Shown piece after piece: positions 1-9,243 of a stretch of DNA of 46,707 nt. How positions within the stretch are numbered: position 1 is the first letter of the stretch; each line of letters begins with the position of its first letter. This DNA is from Cyanophyceae cyanobacterium (GTDB lineage Bacteria > Cyanobacteriota > Cyanobacteriia > Cyanobacteriales > Laspinemataceae). Position numbers and translations under genes: made by a program. The notes under the pieces are model-generated. The model had not been told where the DNA came from, ran no database searches, and worked only from the letters and a program-made list of their open reading frames with translations. The DNA lies in NCBI GenBank assembly GCA_038321985.1, contig JBBQFN010000038.1, positions 1-46,707 of the forward strand, given 5' to 3'.

Positions 1-353
1 CCAATCAAATATCCCAATAGCTTAACTTGATATTCAGGCAGGGTTTCGGTCCCAAATACTTCTAGTTTCCGAGGGACAGCAATGCGATCGCCCACTTGGA
101 GTTCCGAAAGCCTTCGCCACCCTTTTATCGTCAGATAAGGATGGGTGAGAGTGGTTTCAATGGACCGTCCTAAACGAGTTTTGACCCGAAACACGGGTTT
201 GATGCCATCATCCACAAACGCCGAAGGTTGAGTAAAGGTGAATTTCCAGTTATCAGCTAAGGTTAAAATTTCAGCCTGACGATGGTTAACAATTTCCTCA
301 ATTGTGGTGACACTGCCATCCCTCAAAATCAGTTCAGAAAAACGCCCTAAGCA
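1..353 (-). mobile_element. Intein (N-terminal part) inserted in the DnaB Walker A motif
   Basis: After GRPAMGK the frame reads CLGRFSELILRDG (block A Cys) ... ETTLTHPYLT (block B TxxH) ... KLLGYLIG (start of a LAGLIDADG-like block) instead of the Walker A Thr/Ser. Confidence 0.92.
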
Positions 354-1013
354 TTTCCCCATCGCCGGTCTTCCGGCTATAATAATCAAATCCGATCGCT
401 GCAAACCTCCGGTCATCGCATCTAAGTCATAAAACCCACAAGTTAACCCCGGTAAGGCTAACCCTTGTTGATGAATTTCGATGTTTTCAAAGGTATGAAT
501 TAGGGTTTCTGAAATGGAGACTAAACCCTGTTGGGGACGGTCCTGAGTGAGACCAAAAATGGTTTGTTCGGCTTTATCCAGGAGGATGGGTAATTCGGTA
601 GTGGTATCAAATCCTAACTCCGCCACCGTATGTCCGCCTTGAATTAATTTACGGCGCATATATTTATCCACCACCAGTTCGGCATATTGGTCGATATTGA
701 CCGCAGAAACCGTGCGTTCTACCAGTTGAGCCAGTTTGCTTTGACCTCCGACCATATCGAGGAGTTTATGGTCTGCTAACCAACTGGTTAGGGTCATTAA
801 ATCGGTAGCTTTGCCTTGGAAATGGAGGGCGACTGCGGCTTTATAAATATGTTTATGAGCGCTGATAGAAAACCCTTCGGGAGGTAGCCGGTCTAGCACC
901 CGGGTGATAGCCTCGGGGTCTAGGAGAATTCCGCCTAAAATACTTTCTTCCGCATCGATGTTTTGCGGGGGGAGGCGATCGCTATAGCCTTGAAAATTTA
1001 ACGGTTCAGCCAC
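1..1013 (-). CDS. dnaB: Replicative DNA helicase DnaB (5' part, runs off the window), intein-containing
   Basis: Manual translation from GTG at 1013: AEPLNFQGYSDRLPPQNIDAEESILGGILLDPEAI...DLIIIAGRPAMGK. This is the DnaB N-terminus and Walker A, and it lies directly downstream of rplI. Confidence 0.96.
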   Translation of the reverse strand, partial: MAEPLNFQGYSDRLPPQNIDAEESILGGILLDPEAITRVLDRLPPEGFSISAHKHIYKAAVALHFQGKATDLMTLTSWLADHKLLDMVGGQSKLAQLVERTVSAVNIDQYAELVVDKYMRRKLIQGGHTVAELGFDTTTELPILLDKAEQTIFGLTQDRPQQGLVSISETLIHTFENIEIHQQGLALPGLTCGFYDLDAMTGGLQRSDLIIIAGRPAMGKCLGRFSELILRDGSVTTIEEIVNHRQAEILTLADNWKFTFTQPSAFVDDGIKPVFRVKTRLGRSIETTLTHPYLTIKGWRRLSELQVGDRIAVPRKLEVFGTETLPEYQVKLLGYLI

Positions 1014-1155
1014 GATTTGTACTCAGCTATCGTCTTGTTGCACCCGACGCGATTTATTGGGTTTAGAAATAAATCGCGTCTCTACTATTATACAAATCTG
1101 CGGACCGTTTTTACCCAGGTATGACTGAAATTCCACCTGGGTGAGTCGCAGATTT

Positions 1156-1614
1156 CTAGCCAGCAACCACTTCAATATCGACTTCAGCGGTAACGTCGGG
1201 GTGTAACTTGATTTGTGCCTTGTAGAACCCAGTCTTGCTAATAGTAGGCAGGGTAATCCCACGGCGATCGATTTCTTCGTTGGTAGCAGCTTGGATGACT
1301 TCGGCCACTTCACGTTCAGTGACGGTCCCGAAAATCGCATCCCCTTCCCCAACAGATTTGGCGATGGTAAAACGTCCAATATTTTCGATGGCCGTTTTCC
1401 GCGATTGTGCTTGTTGCTTTTCTTCCAGCAGACGCTGGCGTTCTAGTTCTCTGCGGCGTTCCACTTGACGGAGAATACCGGGGGTGGTACGAACGGCGAT
1501 GCCTTGGGGTAGCAGGTAGTTCCGGGCATAACCGGGGGCCACTTCTACGAGGTCGCCGGATCTACCCAGCTTTCTAACATCTTGACTTAATACGACTTGG
1601 ACTCGTTTGCTCAT
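1156..1614 (-). CDS. rplI: 50S ribosomal protein L9
   Basis: [36 protein letters not shown] signature, 152 aa from the ATG at 1614. Confidence 0.98.
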   Translation of the reverse strand: MSKRVQVVLSQDVRKLGRSGDLVEVAPGYARNYLLPQGIAVRTTPGILRQVERRRELERQRLLEEKQQAQSRKTAIENIGRFTIAKSVGEGDAIFGTVTEREVAEVIQAATNEEIDRRGITLPTISKTGFYKAQIKLHPDVTAEVDIEVVAG

Positions 1615-1762
1615 AATGGTTCCTGTTCGGTCAGAACTCTCTATTTTACGCTTCTGGGGGACAGATGGCAATAGGGATGGGGAGTGATTTTAACCACTGA
1701 TTTCACGGATTTTCACGGAGGGGGTTCTGAGGGGGTGGCGGCAACCTGCGGGGGTCTGAGAC

Positions 1763-1860
1763 CTAGCCGTGAATTGGTGGTAAATTTGATGACGAAAAAT
1801 CGGGATTTCAGGTAGGGGCGCAAGCATTGCGCCCCTACAAATACACCTTGACTGGGCTAG
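1763..1860. repeat. MITE-like unit carrying a GTAG-type REP palindrome (GTAGGGGCGCAAGCATTGCGCCCCTAC at 1812-1838)
   Basis: Palindrome and its flanks recur at 5251-5455 and 19304-19573. CTAG is present at both ends of this copy. Confidence 0.8.
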
Positions 1861-2316
1861 GGTTTGAACACCTATGAGTAAAACAGATTTAGTGTTTTTG
1901 GTTGTGGGAATTTTTATGGGGGGTATATAAGGTTTATACATACGATCCTGACGATCGCCGGTTATTTCAGCCATAAGGGATTAGAGTTGTCGGTCCTGAC
2001 TCGGTTTATTCGGGAAACGAGTCATTGAAAAGTTAGCGAGTTTGGGGAAAATTTAGGTTGAGTTATTGAGTTGTTTGAGTCGTTATTTGGGCCTGATCGC
2101 CTGTTGCGACCCTCCACCCTACAAAAGCAACGGCGAAACTCAGCAACAAGGCAAACCTAAACGGAGGGGGCCGATCGCTTCAAGAGACCAGCCGGGTCAT
2201 CTAAGGTTGCTCATTTACAATCTTAAAGCACTTAAATAAGGAATTTGGTAACGTGAAAAGACACAGCGACGATCGCCTATCGGGATCCTAACTGATCAAA
2301 CTCTGTATTTTTCATA

Positions 2317-5223
2317 ATGGAACCGAACACCTTGCCATTGGTTCGACTCAAACGCAGTTTAAGTTTTCTAGAGACTTGGGGTTTTGGCTTAAGCGGACTC
2401 TTATTATGGCTAGGACCCGCACCAGCCATGAATGCAGCTTTGGGAGTGCAAGCCATTTTTATCTGGATTCCTGCCGCGATTATTGGCATTTTACTCAACT
2501 TCCAAGTCCAGCACTTGGGGATGTGCTGGCGCGATATGTCTGGTGGAACCCCCAATTATGCCGCCCGACTGTTGGCTAAATACCCGATCGCAGCACGTTA
2601 TGGGGCAATTGGGTATTGGTTGGGATGGGTTTCTGTACCCCCCATGAATGCGATCATCCTCTCTGACTTGGTGATTGCTAATTTACACCCCGTTGGGATT
2701 TCCTTGCCAGAAAATCTGTTACGACTCGGATTTACGGTCATCCCCTATATGGTCGCATTTAGCGGCACCCGCACATTAGGCATCTTGCACCTCTGTTTCA
2801 TTATCCCGGCAGTCGGGTTTTTGGGAACCTTTGGCTTGCAAGGCTTGGGTTGGCTGACCTTTGCGCCCGCCAGTCCCGGCATTTTACCCAGCGATTGGGG
2901 CCAGTTTAACCTCGTCGAATGGGCGAAGTGGTTTTTTATCGCCGTTTATGCCGCCTATGGCTGTGAAACCGCCTCTTCTTTCGTTGCAGATAGTCGCCAT
3001 CCGAAAAGCACCCTTAAAACCTTATCCTTTGCAGCGGTTTTATTGCCGATTGTCTATGTGGGGGGTTCATGGGTTTTGATGCGTTTAGCCAGTGACCCGG
3101 GTTTAGGGAATAATACCTTTTTGCATTTGGTAGCAGGGTCCCAACCCTTTTGGGGATCCACAGCTTCGACATTGGTTACCTTCCTCCTCTCGGCAGGATG
3201 TTTGCTGAGTTCAACTACTGCCATTTCTAACTCCCCACGGGTGTTGTATCAGTTAGCCCTTGATGGGTATATGGCCCCGGTATTTGGGGTCGTGTCATCT
3301 CGGGGCGTGTTTGGACCGGGGTTATTGTTCACCTTTATTTTGAGTTTAATTTGCCTGCTGTGGGGGGATGTCTCCCATGTCGTGATGGTGACGGGTACTG
3401 GATATCTCTCGTCAATGATGGCGGTGCATTTGAGTTTATGGCTTAACCGCGATCGCCCAGAGGTCAAATGGCCCCGTTTGTCTTTGCTTTTCCTGATAGT
3501 TGAAAGTGTCGTGATGGTAGTCGGCGGGCTCGCCTGGGGTTGGAACTATTGGTTGATGGGATTGTTACTGGCCCCCACGATTCTTGTCGTGGATTGGCTG
3601 ATCCGTCGCCGTTATTTTCCTATATTTCGGGTTGAGTGGTGGTTGGGGCTTTATCGTCGTCGCCGTTCAGGAGAGTTCCAAAATTTTGATGTTTTACAAG
3701 TCGGTGTTTTACTCTTTTTAATCTGTGGGGCGTTAACAGTGGGCTGGGTCGTCCGAACAGAGATTGATGGCAGCCGTTTAGAAGTCGCCAGTGAGCTTTA
3801 TGTGTTGTTGTTACTCAGTAGTGCTTTTGTCGGGGTAGCGATCGCCTGTTGGACGAGTTTACCCCAAATTGCCTCAATTGTGGAAGCCCAAGAAGCGACA
3901 GAACACTTATTTAAAGTTGCCCTCGATCCGATTATGGTGATTGATGAGCAGGGGGCGATCGCCCGGGCGAATCCCGCTGCTTGTGAGCTATTTGGAGTCT
4001 CAGCTCAAGAGTTAGCAGGGGTCAATATGGCCCAACTCTTACCCGGATTAAGGGATTCTCCCCAGTTTTGGTCTCAACGTTGTGAGCAGCTTATAGACCC
4101 CACAGCGATCGCCTTCCCAAGCGCTCTATCTTCAGGAGAATCACTCACCCAAAAAACCGTAGAAGTCTCCCTTTCTTCTCGAACCAATTGGGATCAAATC
4201 GAGTATGTGGTGATTTTACGAGATATCACCCCGCGCAAACAGGCCGAAGCGGAATTAAAAACCGCCTTTATCCGACAAGAAGAACTCACCGCCACCGCTA
4301 CCCGACAAGCGCAGGAACTCGAAACCGCTTTATCGGAACTCAAACAAACCCAATCCCAACTCATTCAAACTGAAAAAATGTCCAGCCTGGGGCAGCTAGT
4401 CGCTGGGGTGGCTCATGAAATTAACAACCCAGTTAACTTTATCTATGGCAATTTAACCTATACAAGCGACTATACCAGGGATTTATTGACATTAATTCGT
4501 CTGTATCAAGCCTCTTATCCAGAGGCAAATCCAGAGATTGAGGAGTTTATTGAAGAGATTGAACTCGCTTTTTTGGCGGAAGATTTGCCCAATATGATTG
4601 ATTCGATGAAACTGGGGGCGGAGCGGATTCGGCAGATTGTTTTAACTTTAAGAAATTTCTCTCGGCTTGATGAATCTGAGATGAAAGCTGTTAACATTCA
4701 TGAGGGAATTGAAAGTACCTTATTAATTTTGCGAAACCGGCTCAAGCCAAAAGCCCAATGTCCGACCATCGAAATCATTGAGCAGTACAGTGATTTACCG
4801 AAAGTTGAATGTTTCGCCAGTCAGCTAAACCAGGTGTTCATGAATATTATCAGCAATGCGATCGATGCGCTCCATGAGCAAGCTATCAACAGCCTTGAAG
4901 GGGTAGAACCCCCGACCCCGAGGATTACAATTCGCACCGCTGCCTTAGATTCACACTGGGTGAGAATTGCGATCGCTGATAATGGACCCGGAGTCCCAGA
5001 AAGCATCCGTAACCGACTGTTTGACCCCTTTTTTACCACCAAACCTGTTGGAGAAGGAACGGGTTTAGGATTGTCGATTTGTTATCAAATTGTGGTAGAA
5101 AAACACGGGGGGCGATTGTATTGTGTTTCGGAACCGGGACAAGAGGCCCAATTTATCATTGAAATTCCGGTCAAAAGCGTGAAAAAAACGGCCCAACGGG
5201 AAGTGAGTAGGGCGATCGATTAA
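2317..5223 (+). CDS. APC-family amino acid permease fused to PAS and histidine kinase domains
   Basis: About 510 aa multi-TM N-terminus with APC motifs (GGTPNY, YAAYGCETAS, PRVLYQLALDG), then PAS (ANPAACELFG...DITPRKQAE), H-box (GVAHEINNP), N-box and G boxes (DNGPG, FDPFFTTK, GTGLGL). Confidence 0.9.
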   Translation: MEPNTLPLVRLKRSLSFLETWGFGLSGLLLWLGPAPAMNAALGVQAIFIWIPAAIIGILLNFQVQHLGMCWRDMSGGTPNYAARLLAKYPIAARYGAIGYWLGWVSVPPMNAIILSDLVIANLHPVGISLPENLLRLGFTVIPYMVAFSGTRTLGILHLCFIIPAVGFLGTFGLQGLGWLTFAPASPGILPSDWGQFNLVEWAKWFFIAVYAAYGCETASSFVADSRHPKSTLKTLSFAAVLLPIVYVGGSWVLMRLASDPGLGNNTFLHLVAGSQPFWGSTASTLVTFLLSAGCLLSSTTAISNSPRVLYQLALDGYMAPVFGVVSSRGVFGPGLLFTFILSLICLLWGDVSHVVMVTGTGYLSSMMAVHLSLWLNRDRPEVKWPRLSLLFLIVESVVMVVGGLAWGWNYWLMGLLLAPTILVVDWLIRRRYFPIFRVEWWLGLYRRRRSGEFQNFDVLQVGVLLFLICGALTVGWVVRTEIDGSRLEVASELYVLLLLSSAFVGVAIACWTSLPQIASIVEAQEATEHLFKVALDPIMVIDEQGAIARANPAACELFGVSAQELAGVNMAQLLPGLRDSPQFWSQRCEQLIDPTAIAFPSALSSGESLTQKTVEVSLSSRTNWDQIEYVVILRDITPRKQAEAELKTAFIRQEELTATATRQAQELETALSELKQTQSQLIQTEKMSSLGQLVAGVAHEINNPVNFIYGNLTYTSDYTRDLLTLIRLYQASYPEANPEIEEFIEEIELAFLAEDLPNMIDSMKLGAERIRQIVLTLRNFSRLDESEMKAVNIHEGIESTLLILRNRLKPKAQCPTIEIIEQYSDLPKVECFASQLNQVFMNIISNAIDALHEQAINSLEGVEPPTPRITIRTAALDSHWVRIAIADNGPGVPESIRNRLFDPFFTTKPVGEGTGLGLSICYQIVVEKHGGRLYCVSEPGQEAQFIIEIPVKSVKKTAQREVSRAID

Positions 5224-5250
5224 AGTTTTCTCAACTCTGTTTAAATCCTT

Positions 5251-5455
5251 CGTTTGTAGTAACCCCTTCAGGGGTAGCCCTATCAAGGTGTATTTGTAGG
5301 GGCGCAATGCTTGCGCCCTCTTTACAGCCCTATCAAGGTGTATTTGTAGGGGTTTCGATGCTTGCGCCCTCTAGATGAAATCACAATTTTTGGTCATCCA
5401 ATCTATCACCCTGACAGACAGGGCGCAAGACAGGGCGCAAGCATTGCGCCCCTAC
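5251..5455. repeat. Cluster of REP/MITE modules between convergent genes
   Basis: GTAGTAACCCCTTCAGGGG hairpin, two AGCCCTATCAAGGTGTATTTGTAGGGG modules and GGGCGCAAGCATTGCGCCC palindromes. Confidence 0.85.
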
Positions 5456-5497
5456 GTCGGTTCAAACTGACTGAAAAACTTATACCCCGATCGCCTT

Positions 5498-6997
5498 TTA
5501 CTGTTTGGTTTTCCATCCCATCACCCATTTTGTCACTCCCCAGGCTACAATCGCACAACCAAAACTGGCAATCAGGGCGATCGCAAAGGGATGGAGTTTA
5601 CCCCGATTTTCTGCCCAGGGAGAAGCGATCGGTTCTTGAAAGAGTAAACCCGACGTGGAAGCAACGATCGCCCCTGCGGCAATTCCCACCCCCACTGCCT
5701 GAATTTGGTCTTGTAATTGTTTGTTTTGGTTTTGCAACCGGCGATCGCGTTGGGTTTGTTCGATTTCTACGATGCCGCGAATCGAGGCGATCGCCTTATC
5801 CGCTAGACTCGAACCTCCTACAAAATAGTTGAGTTCATCGCTGATGCGGCTTTGGAAGTAGGGCGAAGTTTGACTGCCAAAGTCTCGGAAAAAATCCAGT
5901 TCCTCCGGTTCTACCCCATATCCTTGTTCTTTCAGTCGGTTAAAAATCGCCTCCAAGGTGACTTGATAATTTTTAGTATTGATAGCGATGGTATTCCGAC
6001 TGTGCTTGTAATTTCGCAACAGTCGGGCATATTCCAAATCCAACTGCGCCAATTCCTTTAATACCATTTTTAGACTTTCTAATTGCGCCTCATTCAACGC
6101 CAGACGGGTCGTATTTTTTGTTAATTCCTGCTTAAAAAACTTGACTTTTTTCTCTAAGCCTGTATAGACAGAGTAGGTTTTTTGATATAAAGTTCGGGTT
6201 TCCCGATAGGCGGAAATTACCTTATTTCGGTAGTAAAATAAATTGATAAACTCCCGATAGGCATCCACAAATTTATCACTGGGCAATTCTGCGCGAAACA
6301 GGAAAATCAAAATATGGGGTTGCACCTCCGCTTCCCCCTCCAGATTCGCCTCCAAAACTTGACCACCAAACTCAAAAATTGGGCTGCCGAATAGTTCCCC
6401 CAGTTGCTGCAACGGTGGACGGTTTTTATGGGAGGGACTCACCTGTTTCACACAGTTACGGGCGAAATCTTCTAAACTTTCCGGCGATTTATCAATTTCC
6501 GATTCTGGTAAAAATGCGGTTAATAGCAAAGTTTGCCCCAAGGAACTCTGAACAACATTGGGGAGAAAAAGTAGCCTATCTGTATTCAACTTTTGCCAAA
6601 ACGAAATCGGCAACGGAGCAGTTTTCTCTCCATTTTCTGTTTCGGGACAGCGCAAATTGAAAGTTAAACTATAACTATCATAAAGCCGATGAGTGAACAA
6701 CCGACCCGCAATCGGTAAATCGGAATCAGGCAGTTTTCCCGTTAATTCCAGTTGGGTTTGCGGATGGAGATTAATTTGTGCGCCTGGGGGTTCTGGCGAG
6801 TTGTCGGGATACCCGGCGATATGCAGACGTTCCGCAAAACCCAACGCTTTTAAAATCTCATCCCCCCTTTCCCACAACTGTTTGGGATAGCGCGCCAGAG
6901 AATCGGGTTCCCCCGTCAATCCTCGCCAGAGATGAAAGGCAAATAGATGTAAATTAGGCGCATAAACCGGCGGGGTTAGGGATTTTTCTGAGTCCAT
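5498..6997 (-). CDS. Hypothetical protein with globular N-terminal domain, long coiled coil and two C-terminal TM helices (CATRA/CorA-like architecture)
   Basis: 499-aa ORF. Hydrophobic segments IQAVGVGIAAGAIVASTSGLLF and FAIALIASFGCAIVAWGV follow heptad-rich helices. Downstream of the TPR-CHAT gene. Confidence 0.75.
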   Translation of the reverse strand: MDSEKSLTPPVYAPNLHLFAFHLWRGLTGEPDSLARYPKQLWERGDEILKALGFAERLHIAGYPDNSPEPPGAQINLHPQTQLELTGKLPDSDLPIAGRLFTHRLYDSYSLTFNLRCPETENGEKTAPLPISFWQKLNTDRLLFLPNVVQSSLGQTLLLTAFLPESEIDKSPESLEDFARNCVKQVSPSHKNRPPLQQLGELFGSPIFEFGGQVLEANLEGEAEVQPHILIFLFRAELPSDKFVDAYREFINLFYYRNKVISAYRETRTLYQKTYSVYTGLEKKVKFFKQELTKNTTRLALNEAQLESLKMVLKELAQLDLEYARLLRNYKHSRNTIAINTKNYQVTLEAIFNRLKEQGYGVEPEELDFFRDFGSQTSPYFQSRISDELNYFVGGSSLADKAIASIRGIVEIEQTQRDRRLQNQNKQLQDQIQAVGVGIAAGAIVASTSGLLFQEPIASPWAENRGKLHPFAIALIASFGCAIVAWGVTKWVMGWKTKQ

Positions 6998-7380
6998 CTG
7001 TTTAAAGTTTGCTTAACGTAAAGAAACAAGGACATTTTTTCTGCATTTGGGGCCGAAGTAATGATAACCGTTGTTTCCGTTTCTTCGATAATTTCAAGAT
7101 TGGGAATGAGCCAGTGGGATTCATTCGGGTCCGGTTCAGCAAATTTTTTCACCTCTTTTCGGTTTTGTGCCAGAGCTTTTTTAACCGCTTTTTCTGCTTG
7201 CGGAAATTGCTTCATCCAGTTTATAATTAGTTCTGCTGCCTGATTCATATCGGCTTCAGAAAGTTGCTCCAAGTCTGCGGTCAACTTTTGAGCCGGTTGC
7301 AGAGCATCTGGCGGTAAAATCGGCGGTTTTGCTTCCAGGAGTTGGGCGAACATGAGTAGGGTTTCGGTTGAGTCTTTCAT
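6976..7380 (-). CDS. Small alpha-helical hypothetical protein (134 aa from MKDS), overlapping the start of the 499-aa gene
   Basis: ORF track 6976..7449; the ATG at 7380 is the preferred start. It overlaps the next gene by 22 nt, suggesting translational coupling. Confidence 0.75.
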   Translation of the reverse strand: MKDSTETLLMFAQLLEAKPPILPPDALQPAQKLTADLEQLSEADMNQAAELIINWMKQFPQAEKAVKKALAQNRKEVKKFAEPDPNESHWLIPNLEIIEETETTVIITSAPNAEKMSLFLYVKQTLNRWTQKNP

Positions 7381-7491
7381 GGTTATTTTACTTTCGGTGT
7401 AAAACTGTTCTTTAGTTGAGATATGAATCGATATGAGCAGCAAAATCAACCGGGCCTTGAATTTTGATGCGCTTTAACTTTTTGAACACAT

Positions 7492-7725
7492 TCATGTTGT
7501 TGAGTGATGATGCTCGTCTTCAGGTACATCCAATACAGACTCATCCCCTCGGCGAATGGCTTGTCCTAATGCGAGAATCTCTTCAAAAGCGGGTTCATCT
7601 TTGAAAGATCCGGTAATTTGTTGTAAGCCATTCATCGATTGAGGAGGGGCAATCTGTTCTTGAATTTGAGTAATGGCTGCTTCAATGGCTGCCATGCGTT
7701 CTTCTAATGAAGTGTTGCTGGTCAT
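7492..7725 (-). CDS. Small hypothetical protein, resembling cyanobacterial antitoxin-like proteins usually found before PIN toxins
   Basis: LEERMAAIEAAITQIQ coiled coil plus ITGSFKDEPAFEEILALGQAIR pattern. Family call is from recall only. Confidence 0.55.
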   Translation of the reverse strand: MTSNTSLEERMAAIEAAITQIQEQIAPPQSMNGLQQITGSFKDEPAFEEILALGQAIRRGDESVLDVPEDEHHHSTT

Positions 7726-7790
7726 TGATTTTAAAAGGTGGTTAGAGTATCAAATTATAACGGTTTCACAGGTATTCGTATATAATTTTG

Positions 7791-7817
7791 GGAGTGCGAG
7801 CAAGATGTTCGCACTCC
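7791..7817. repeat. Dispersed palindromic repeat GGAGTGCGAGCAAGATGTTCGCACTCC
   Basis: Hairpin, with a related copy AGCGAGCAAGATGCTCGCACTCCC at 28661-28684. Confidence 0.7.
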
Positions 7818-7917
7818 TCTAAATACCCAATCATCAAACCCCGATCGCACAAAAAGCCGCCCAATGGATAGGATGCTCATAGGGTCGATAATCCGCACGT
7901 TTAAACCCTAAGTTTAA

Positions 7918-9243
7918 GGGGTTTCCACAAAATAAATTCTGCAACGCGATAGTAAAATAAGCATTAACGCTATGATTGAGGACAACCCACGTGGAATTAA
8001 CGGATTCAGTAAAAACTTTATTAATTGAGACAGCAGAACAATTGAAAGGATCAGCCAAACGTCGTTTCATGGCTCTTACGGTTAAGGAATTGGGGTTTGG
8101 GGGCCAGAGTCTAGCTAAAAAAGAACTGGGATGGGATAGAGATACGGTAAGAAAAGGAATACGTGAACTAGAGACCGGCATAACTTGTGTAGATAATTAT
8201 AAAGGCCGAGGGCGTAAAAAAGCTGAGGATAATTTACCGCATTTATTAGTAGATATTCAATCGATAGTTGATAGTCAGAGTCAAACGGATCCTACCTTCA
8301 AAAGTAGCCGCTTATATACCAGACTGAGTGCCGAAGAAGTCAGAGAACAACTGATTTTCAAAAAAAACTATACAGACGAAGAGTTGCCGACGACAGAAAC
8401 GATTCGACGAAAACTTAACCATTTAGGGTATTACCCGCAAAAAGTGAAAAAAACTAAACCTCAAAAAAAAATTCCAGAAACCGATGAAATTTTTGAGCGG
8501 ATGGAAGTGGTTAATCAAGAAGCTTTACTGGATCCTACCATTTTAGAAATTTCAATGGACGGGAAAGCTGCCGTTAACATTGGACCTTTTTCTCGAAGAG
8601 GAAAAACTCGCGTCCCAACCCTAGCTTGCGATCATGATTTTAATTCAAAAAAAAACTCATCCCTTATGGTATTTTTTTACCCAATTCAGATGATTTATTT
8701 TTATATTTTATAGAATCCAAGGTGACTAGCGATTGCATTGTTGATATGTTAGAAGAATGGTGGCAAGAGTTTGGCCCCAAGTTTGAGGAATGTAAGACTC
8801 TGGTAATAAAACAAGATAATGGGCCAGAGAATCATTCACGAAGAACTCAATTTATGAACCGCATTGTCAAGTTTGTTGAAACTCATAAAATCAACGTGCG
8901 TCTGGCCTACTATCCGCCATATCACAGTAAATATAATCCAATTGAGCGGACTTGGGCTGTGTTAGAAAATCATTGGAATGGCACCCTTCTTGAGGATATT
9001 CAAACCGCTTTACAGTGGGCAGAAACCATGACTTGGAAAGGCAATAATCCCGTAGTCAAGCTCGTGAATAAGACCTATCAAACAGGAGTTAAGCTAACTT
9101 CTAAAGCAATGGAAGAGCTGGAAACCAAGCTCACTCGTTTTATAAACATAGAGCCAGACAATCAGTACAACTTGGGTAAATGGTTTGTAGACATCTTCTA
9201 TAATGCCCTGTGAATTTTGCCGATTTTATTTTGTGGAGATCCC
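7918..9243 (+). mobile_element. ISAzo13-family insertion sequence, 1326 bp
   Basis: Terminal IRs GGGGTTTCCACAAAATAAA / GGGATCTCCACAAAATAAA (17/19 match). 3-bp TAA duplication at 7915-7917 and 9244-9246. AT-rich and lacks HIP1. Confidence 0.93.
7991..9213 (+). CDS. ISAzo13 transposase, split by a -1 frameshift at an A9 run (8647-8655)
   Basis: Motifs SQTDPTFKSSRLYTRLSA, ISMDGKA, DNGPEN, YYPPYHSKYNPIER. A -1 shift at TCA AAA AAA AAC joins DHDFNS-KK-KLIPYGIF...KVTSDCIVD. Confidence 0.85.

Noticed and set aside
1690..1974. 94-aa ORF upstream of rplI (likewise 5362..5832, 40013..40285 and the short antisense ORFs inside long genes)
   Set aside because: They run through repeats or a tRNA or overlap well-supported genes, with no protein motifs.
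2100..2212. Possible c-di-GMP-I riboswitch upstream of the permease-kinase (GGCAAACC, CAGCCGGG, CTAAGG fragments)
   Set aside because: Fragments are in the wrong order and the GAAA/GCAAAGC core is missing. An Infernal search would be needed to revive it.
7834..8181. 115-aa ORF as an independent gene
   Set aside because: It is a chimera of antisense IS sequence and the severed CHAT C-terminus.
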